From: Eledone cirrhosa
Taxonomy: Eukaryota
NCBI GenBank assembly: GCA_964016885.1
Contig: OZ024745.1
Location: 69,068,001 to 69,132,000 of the forward strand
DNA: 64,000 nt
Direction: 5' to 3'
Shown: piece by piece, positions 53,615-64,000 of the stretch
How the letters are laid out: each line of letters starts with the position of its first letter
Numbering within the stretch: the stretch's first letter is position 1
Program-made: the position numbers and the translations under genes
The notes under the pieces: generated by a model
Databases searched by the model: none
The model's input: the letters and a program-made list of their open reading frames with translations, nothing else
What the model was told of the DNA's origin: nothing

Positions 53615-53679
<65 letters not shown>

Positions 53680-53920
53680 GTGTGTGGGTGTCTATGGGTG
53701 TGTACGTGTGTAGGTGGGTGCGTGTGTAGGTGGATGTGTGTGGATGCGTGTGGATGTGTGCGTGTGGGTTTGTGTGGGTGAGTGCGGGTGTGGATGTGTG
53801 CGTGTGGGTGTGGGTATATCTACATGTATTTATGCGTTCAAGAACAAACTGTCTTATGCATAGTAAATATCGTTAATGATTAAGTACTAATAAATTAGAA
53901 AAAGGTATACAGGTTCCACC

Positions 53921-53969
<49 letters not shown>

Positions 53970-54040
53970 GCGTGAATTTTTACCGAACGCTACTTCTTTA
54001 GACATAAAATGTGAACATATATATATATTTATTTATATTA

Positions 54041-54116
54041 AGGCTAATGACTCTTCTCTGATGAACCTGTGATACACAGGCGAAACTCCAGAGTAACAAG
54101 ACTCACTATTTAGCCT
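54041..54116 (+). ncRNA. Type I hammerhead motif with extended stem I in an ORF-less unit (~54040-54494) between TA runs
   Basis: AGGCTAA-TGA-cTCTTcT-CTGATGA-aCCTGTG ata CACAGGc-GAAA-CTCcaGAG-TA-AcAAGAc-TCA..TTAGCCT. A few mismatches, including the first pair of stem II. Confidence 0.68.
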
Positions 54117-54490
54117 TACTATGAATGAATATTAACACTCTACTTCGGTACTGATTACGCTTTTGAATATCTGATATTCAAAACAACAAACAGCGGAGGA
54201 CGCGTTTCGCACCTTTCCGACAGACAACCTTTCCCCCACCCCGGAAAAAACCCCAGTTGATGGATGTGAATCCGAAATATTGCGGGACAATTAAATCTCT
54301 CCCAAGGTAACTCTCTCTCGTGTTATTTTTATTTTATCCTTTATACTCTTTCCTTCATTCTTCTACACGTCTTATACACACCACGCATCTCAACGTACAC
54401 CCACTTACATCTCTCTCTCCACCACCGGATCTTGTTACCCGGAGATTTACCCATTTGCATTGTCGAGGCTTCCAAACGACTTAAAGATTT

Positions 54491-54530
<40 letters not shown>

Positions 54531-54722
54531 AACCTATCTGTATTTTTCGTTGTTGTACTATTAATGTGGCAACATACCTCTGGTCGTATTATTCATGGTG
54601 TCACTATTACCTAACTTGTGTTCATTCCGAGGAGAAAGTTATTAATTACTCTATCATCGTGTGCTTTAAAGAACGGGTGCTAATCTGCTACTTGCAGCTG
54701 CAACTTCGATTATACTCAATAC

Positions 54723-54809
<87 letters not shown>

Positions 54810-54930
54810 GGAGATGAGTTTTATTGTAGCACAATAAAGCAATGCAAATATCGCATAAGTAGCACTCAACAGTTTATAGGACTGGAGTATAAATAATATA
54901 AAATCAAAAGATGGTTAAAAGAGTTCCAGG

Positions 54931-55001
54931 TATTTTATTATGCGCATTTCAAAAACAAATATCTTCATGGAATGATATTTGCGTTCTCATCAGATAAAAT
55001 A
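54931..55001 (-). ncRNA. Type I hammerhead motif related to the 48262/13093 family
   Basis: Minus strand: TATTTTAT-CTGATGA-GAAcGCAAATATC..GATATTTGTtTTT-GAAA-TGCGCA-TA-ATAAAATA. The downstream TACTCCA..TGTTGAGTGCT is shared with ~48375-48400. Confidence 0.82.
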
Positions 55002-55021
55002 GGGAGACATGATATGAAGCT

Positions 55022-55103
55022 TAAAAAACACTTGCGAGCAGTGAAGTGTTAAATCAACATATTTATGTTAATTTAACACTTCACTGCTCGCAAGTGTTTT
55101 TTA
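55022..55103. repeat. Perfect 33-bp-arm palindrome with a partly self-complementary 16-nt spacer
   Basis: TAAAAAACACTTGCGAGCAGTGAAGTGTTAAAT and ATTTAACACTTCACTGCTCGCAAGTGTTTTTTA. Confidence 0.93.
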
Positions 55104-55404
55104 CGTCAGCATGACTTGGTAAGCTATTTGTATGTCAGCATGACTTGGCAAGCTATGTAGAACACTGGTTTAACCGCTTTACTTCCGTCCGAAGAAGAGA
55201 TATTATCTCGAAAATTACGAACATTTAAATAAATCTAAGGTAAAAGACTAATTGTCAACAATATCTTTTGCATTTGCATTCTTTATTCTATGTCCATACC
55301 TGCATTTTTCTGGCTTTATTATACATATACAAACGTTTATACCTCATTACACAATGCTTCAAGTGAACTATAACCTCCTCCTATATATATATATATATAT
55401 ATAT

Positions 55405-55448
<44 letters not shown>

Positions 55449-55593
55449 ATTATATAATTATCTCTAGCATAGACACAATGGGGATAACCGTTTAAATCCA
55501 CCCCCCGTTTATTACTGGTGCTTTATTTATCGCGCTCTGTAAGGATGAAATGCAAAGCTAATCTCGGAGTTAAACGTAAGTGAGAGGGTAATG

Positions 55594-55712
55594 TAATTGT
55601 TTCTAATTTGTGGCACAAGGCCAGCAATTACCCAGTGTATTACTGGTACTTCATTTTATCGACCCCGTAAGGATGAAAGCCAAAGTTAACCTCGACGGGA
55701 TATGAACCCAGA
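55594..55712 (-). mobile_element. 5'-truncated Nin/Deu-domain SINE
   Basis: GGCACAAGGCCAGCAATTACCCAGTGTATTACTGGTACTT..GACCCCGTAAGGATGAAAG..AAAGTTAACCTCG. Confidence 0.8.
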
Positions 55713-56334
55713 CCGGCCATATAATTGCATTCAAATACGATCCCTATCACATGGAAGGTAGCTGAGCCATTTTCCATACTCATACCTTAAATACTTCAGC
55801 TCCTTTATATGGACGCGCTTGGTCTAGTTATTATTTGGACTCAGAATAAGAACTTCAGGGATTCGATTCCAGTCTGTTGAACGAAATACATTATTTCACG
55901 TAGCTTCTTCTGCCAGGAAATGCAGCCGTCAGAGAATATCATCAATCGAAGACCAATGGAAACATTGTTTCCTTCATTCAATCTTATGGCCGACTCCTTT
56001 TCTTTTATATGAAAAAAGTATTAAATATTTCTGATTTTCTAGCTCTAGACCACCTCCCACTTTGTTTTATTCAGAGTCCATAAAAATGATTTCACTGTCA
56101 CCTGTCACATACCTTTGTCATTAAATACATCGACATCGAATACAAATATTTCAATGTTTGGGATTCAGTGATTTCCGATGGCTGTATTGATTGTCAATGG
56201 ATTTAATGATTTTTTCTATGGAATATAACAGTAAATCTATAAACTTCCTCTTTCTCTAGTTATTTGTCATGCATTAAGTAAAGTCATAGTTTTCCATCAT
56301 GTTGACTGTTTTTCTCTACAGTTTAGTCAGCGAA

Positions 56335-56575
56335 GGCACGTAACGTAGTGGTTAGGGTGTTTGCCTTACTATGGTATGTTCGATTCTTGGAAATCAGGTT
56401 CTGTCTCTGAAAAATATATTTATTTCCTTTTACTCTACTCCACTTAGCTGGAACAAAACATGTTTTATCTTTAATTCAAAAGGCCAGTTTTGTCACACAC
56501 TGAATCACCTTGAATCTCCCTGAGAACTATGTTAACGACACATGTATTCGTGGAATGATCAACCACTTGCACCGT
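56335..56575 (+). mobile_element. CORE-domain SINE, degraded
   Basis: AGTGGTTAGGGTGTT..GTTCGATTC..TAATTCAAAAGGCCAG..GTCACACACTG..AATCTCCCTGAGAACTA..CCACTTGCAC. Confidence 0.65.
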
Positions 56576-57917
56576 AGATAAAAGCACTGGCATGATTCTT
56601 GTATAAACCGATGGAGATGGAACACATTGTCTATTCATGGAGAAAGGTGATAGAATACCTGACCCTTTTTAGGGCTCTCATGACTGATAAGGAATAGGAA
56701 GTGAGCGAGGAAGGTATTCTCAAAGGGCACACCTGGTCCAAAATCTTTACAACGGAGTATACTCTGCCAAAGCCACCTTAGGGATTTCCAATAGACGAAT
56801 GGTTAAGGAGTTCACTTGGTAATAATCTTCTTTCAGATTCGATCTCACTCCGTGGAATCATGAGCAAGTATCATTTATGATTTATCAACCAATGTTTTCT
56901 GAATGAAATTAGGTAGACAGAAACAATTTGAAAGTCTGTCTGATGGATTGAGCCTGCAACTTATAGAGCCAGTTATGTCACATACTGTATCCCGCTCAAT
57001 CTTCCTTAAAATTACGTTAATGGTACATGTGCCGATGTAACGCTCAGCTGCTTAATTTCAATACCAGGCTGTTTTGTTAATCGAAAAACTGGAACACTCT
57101 TCGTCGAAACGGACATAGGTCCATTTCATTGATTATAAACGGATCTAATGATTATTTAACAGGAAACATATATATATATTTGTCATAATTTCACGAATGA
57201 CATAGCTTCCAATCATGTTTTACTTTTTGAATTAAAGATGCAAAATTCTGATTAAATTTCATATTAAACAAGCATTACATTCATGAGAATGTTAAAATAA
57301 ACATTTATACTTTTATTCTTTTATTCTTTTACTACTTTCAGTCATTAGACTGCAGTCGTGTGGGGCACCGCCTTTATAATATATTCATTATATATTTTCC
57401 TCAAATAAAAAGGAACAAAACCGAGGTTAACGTTAGAAATAAGAAAATACAATCTATAGGTTAATTTATAATCGTCCTCTTCATTAGAGATATCATGAAT
57501 ATATGTGCTGTTTGTTCTACATTTAATTTTTTTTTAAATCTAGCTATATAGAGGTTTAATTACTGGTTCGTGCTTTTGCTCCTCTGTTGACGTCAAAAGG
57601 TGATTGCTTAACACATTTGCTAGTGTGTAGTGAAAAACAATAGGAACTCTTAATAATCAGAGATTATTATCTGTTTGGTGTATTGATTCTTGACATTAGT
57701 TAGTTACGTTAATACAAACTGAAGGACAGTTTTTCAATCAGAGACTATGTTGTAAACATATGTTGTACCTCAATGGACCTCCATGGACCTATGTCGGTTG
57801 GTTCTGATGGTCACGCAACATTACATCTCTTTCATGATAATTAATAGTAACGAAAATATTTATTGTTTGATATGCGAACAAATTCACTTTTATGATCTAC
57901 TTCAATATATCTCTGTC

Positions 57918-58325
<408 letters not shown>

Positions 58326-59896
58326 CCTTTCTCAACCCCTTCACCAGGTAATATAACTGAAGTTCACATATAGTTTACTCTTATGCACAACTGAGTCATG
58401 TACATATGCAATATTCTCCACTTATATATATATAAATGCATATAAACATGTGCTCTGGTGCCCCTAATTTTATTACTAGAGGTATAGTCTGCTTGTATGA
58501 ATGTGTGGTGTGTGTGTATGTGAGTATGTATATTGGCAACATGTGTGTGAGTATCTGTGTGTGTGATTTACAAATTGGTTTTCAGTTTATTCTTGAAGAA
58601 GTCATTTATATTTATACAAAGAAGAGTTACATCGCTTAATCTGCATTTCCCTACTTTCATAATTTTTGTGACCAGATTAGCCATCTTTAAGAACATTAGA
58701 CCTGATGATTTGATACGAATGAAGCAGTTCTAATTCTGTATTAAATTTTCGTGGTTCTCACTCTACTTATGTATTGAATACCTTATTTACTGTGGGTACC
58801 CCCGATTTTACACGTGATCTACACTTTCCCCCATATATATATATATATATATATCATGAAAGCAAACGAAAACATACTTTTAGATTATATTTTTCTTACA
58901 ATTAATATGAATATCAAATAACCTAAGTATTTAATTAACAACTTGTCAGTGAAATAGAACAGCTTCTTCATCTTTACATAAAGACGACATTGTATCATGT
59001 CGACCTCTGACATTCCTGTAATTGTTCCTCATTAAACATTCATTAGCATTAAATAATTGAATTTAAGGTTGTAAACGAAAGATGTCAGTCATTAGGAATC
59101 GTTTGGAGAACCAGAGAAAATATTTCTTGATAGGAGTTATCCTATAATGTATAAGAAGAGGGAGAATAATGTCATTAAGATAGTGTTATTTTCCTCTAAA
59201 ATAATATCTTGGGGGAAAGATTTATTCGATTGTGTATTTGTCAGCTTGAAGGAGAATTACCCAAGTAATTTTGAATACTTGATTTGTTTTTATGGCTGTG
59301 CTGTAAAAGGAGTGATAAGCTCGTTAATATTTTAAACGTGAAGAACACACATAAATAGAAACCCCTGTAATAGCATCAACTATTCTGTATTTTAACAACA
59401 TGTGGTAATTATAAACACTTTTTACTAGAGGCAGGGCAGTTTCTTTATGAGAAAACGTTGGTCCCGATCATGACCGTAGATGCGATTCTCTGTCCAGTTA
59501 ACGCATTGTGACCTTGAGCAAGATACTTCACCATATGTTGTTCTTCCTACCTCAGCTGATAATGAATACTCTAACAACTCTGCCGATTAGTCAGTTATTA
59601 ATAATCAATTGTTATTGCCAACAAAATAATCAATCCGGTAAGAGAATAAATAGATTTAATGAGGGACCCTATACGTAACGGTTTAGCCTGCTACAAATGA
59701 CACTTAGACATTCTTCAAATCACACATCTTGAAAAATGGAACAAATATATCAAATAATATAGTTCTATGCCTCCCTAAAATAGATGAGGTGGTCCTGGCT
59801 GGAACGCTATTGATCCCAGGTCTAATAAATCATGGCTAGTCTGATGTTAAATATAAAAAAAAACAATAACAAAAATTACTACTACTACTACTACTG

Positions 59897-59929
<33 letters not shown>

Positions 59930-60019
59930 TCCTTGTTAGCTGAAGCATTGATATTTATTTGGGTTGAGATTAAAACGTAAAATATATCCCCCTATAGATT
60001 TTAGAGCGGAAAGCAAAAT

Positions 60020-61280
60020 AACAACAGCAACAACAACAGCAGTAACAACGACGCAACTATAAAAGCAACAACAACAACAACAACAATTACATCAATGATA
60101 ACAACAGCAATAAACCACCAAATAAAACAACAATAACAATATGAACAACAACTACAACAGTAACAATAGGAACAATGAAAGCAGTAACATCAACAATATC
60201 ACCGCCCCCACCCACACACACACACACCACCAGCACCACTACCACCACTACCACCGCACCCACAAACGCCATCACCAGGTACAACAACAACAACAATAAC
60301 AACAACTACAACAAACACTACAAATTCATAGATTTTCAACGATTCTCTTTCAGAAAACTCAGAAAAAATAAGTCAGAAAAACTCCCCAAAACTCAGCAAT
60401 TAATTGGAATAAAAACAGCAGCTGCCGACAGAAAACTCTGGATTGAGATCAGCCATAACGATTTCCTATCACATTGGACGGCCATCTTGTTTTTGTTACT
60501 GCTATTGGTGTTGGTAGTGGTGATTGTGACGTGATGTTGTTAGAGGTGTTGATGTTGTTGTTATTGTTGTTGGTAATGGTCATGGTCTTTGTACTGGTGG
60601 TGTAGTTGTTGGTGTTGGTGGCTGTGTTGTTGTTGGTGGCTGTGTTGTTGTTATTGGTGGCAATATAGGTTAAGGGTCGGATGCCATGCTTTGCAGCATA
60701 GAGTTATGGCCCTTTACGGTCTGAGTTCAAATCCCGCCGAGGTTAACTTTGCCTTTCATCCTTACGGGGGTGGTGTTTTTGTTGTATTAGTGGTGCTAAT
60801 TGTGTTGGTGATTTTGTTCATGTTGCTGTTGATGATACGGTTGTTTGTGTTGTTGTTGGTGGAGAGGCTGGTGATTTTATTGTGGTTGATATTGTTGTAG
60901 GTGGTGTTTGTGTTGTTGATGTTGGTGTTGGTCTTTTTGCTGTTGATGTTATTGGTAGTGCTTTTGATGGTGGCGGTGTTGGGGTTCTTGTAGTTGTTAG
61001 TGTTGATGGTAACCTTGGTGGTAGTGATTGTGGAGTTGTTGAATGTGTTATACGTTGTTGATGATGGTGATGTGATGGTGTTGTTGGTGTAGTGGTGATG
61101 TTGTTTGTAGTGTTTGTGGGGGTGTTGCTGGTGTTAGGTCTGCTCTTGTTATTGTTTTTGCTGTTGATGATATTGTTGTTGTTGTCATCGTTGTTGTTGT
61201 TGTTGTTGCTACAGGTGTTGGTGTTGCTGGTGATGTTAGTATTGTTGATGTTACTTTTGCTTTTGCTGGCATTATTTCGT
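60020..61280. repeat. CAA/CAC-rich then GTT/GGT-rich low-complexity trinucleotide tracts, with a SINE fragment at 60667-60768 (+)
   Basis: Read directly. SINE core GAGTTCAAATCCCGCCGAGGTTAACTTTGCCTTTCATCCTTACGGGG. Confidence 0.85.
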
Positions 61281-62314
61281 TGTTCAACCTATAACCATTA
61301 CGTCACTCGTTAAGACAATTTAGGGCTACATTATTTAATGCATCTTGCATTTCTGTTGAAAGATGGCAATAAGGTGGAATTGGAGCGCAATGTTTCTACT
61401 ATTTCTAGCATTGACAGAATCATTAGAGTGTAAAACATTACCTTGCGGTATTTGTTTCAGTTATCTGCTCTCTCAGCTCAAATTGTGTCGGCGTCAGCTT
61501 TGCCTTTCGTTCTTTCAGGGTTGATAAAATAAAATACTAGTCAAGGGCTGTAAATTAGTGGAACTCATATCAACCTACTCGTTAAATTAATGAGGAAGCG
61601 ACTAAACATTCTACGGAGCTTTAACGAAGTTCTCAGGGAAATTCAGCGTGACAGTGTGTGACATGGCTAGCCTTTACTGTTAGAGGTACAACTAGTTTAG
61701 TGAACTGGAACAAAATGAAATAGCGTTTCATACTGTTTAAGGACACAACGCGTGGCTAGAAATCGAACTCACGCCTGCACGATCGTTAGCCGAACACTCT
61801 ACCTACTAAGCATTCACAATATGATAACGCAGTGTTCGAGTCAGTGATCAGCTGCGTGTCGGGGCCTTTTACCTAATTTCAAAGAACATTCTAGACATTG
61901 AAGTAAAAGCCAGTGAGAATGAAACAATTTTCTATGTGACATAAAGCGAATTTCAGTAGTGGGTATTATTTTCATATTTACGTTTCGCTTTGCAGAATTG
62001 ATTTTATAGCAATGCTTAACGATTAATCTAACATGCTGTATGAGTGGTTTGGTTATTGATAAAACCATTCCCATTCTAGACGTTGTTTATCGAATTTAAT
62101 AACAACTCAGAAAGCATGGTGCCTTTACTCTGACCCCAGACTTTTCTAATGTAATCCTTTCTATTTGATCAAGGGAACACAGTCAATGAATAATGGTTTC
62201 TCAATGATGCCCCCCCTTCTTCTTTTCAACAACCCCTTCCTCATCTATCCCTTCGCCTCTTCTACATTTCTACATCTCCTGGTCACATGTTCCCTTTATT
62301 TCATTTCTTCCATT

Positions 62315-64000
<1,686 letters not shown>

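Larger units (their letters stand above)
48482..53618 (-). mobile_element. Near full-length Penelope-like element, CxCx5C linker type (Hydra-clade-like), inserted in (TA)n
   Basis: RT + C-terminal GIY-YIG ORF, then a ~2.6 kb downstream region ending in hammerhead + AATAAA + (TA)n. (TA)n also at the 5' end (53618 onward). Confidence 0.85.

Noticed and set aside
60320-60490. Unique island between low-complexity tracts (also 27985-28110, 45935-46100) as conserved regulatory elements or exons
   Set aside because: No evidence is available without cross-species alignment or expression data.

Overview
AT-rich, microsatellite-dense eukaryotic non-coding DNA with no recognisable host-gene exon. The tRNA-derived Nin/Deu-domain and CORE-domain SINEs and the simple-repeat load suggest an octopus/cephalopod genome (inference). 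Main contents: (1) a near full-length, disabled L1/Tx1-clade LINE (~899-6707, +) between two (TATC)n tracts, with a splice donor on its ORF1 stop and a candidate acceptor on its ORF2 stop, so one splice would remove all of ORF2; (2) three Penelope-like elements (PLEs) inserted in (TA)n: a Neptune-like 5'-truncated copy with a 1.1 kb inverted pseudo-LTR (8785-11702), a CxCx5C-type truncated copy with an inverted pLTR (30228-32478), and a near full-length CxCx5C (Hydra-clade-like) RT+GIY-YIG copy with a ~2.6 kb 3' region (48482-53618); (3) eleven hand-foldable type I hammerhead ribozyme motifs plus a few half or degenerate ones: five in PLE termini, all with a U3-A8 core variant, and six in 130-570 bp ORF-less units embedded in (TA)n; (4) a three-copy hairpin-headed mini-element family in (TA)n; (5) a non-autonomous hAT element with an 8-bp TSD carrying two convergent tRNA-like heads; (6) a decayed Buster-type hAT transposase; (7) many SINEs and simple repeats. 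Most ORF-track entries are microsatellite artefacts. All alignments and folds were done by eye, and boundaries are approximate to a few bases unless a TSD is given.
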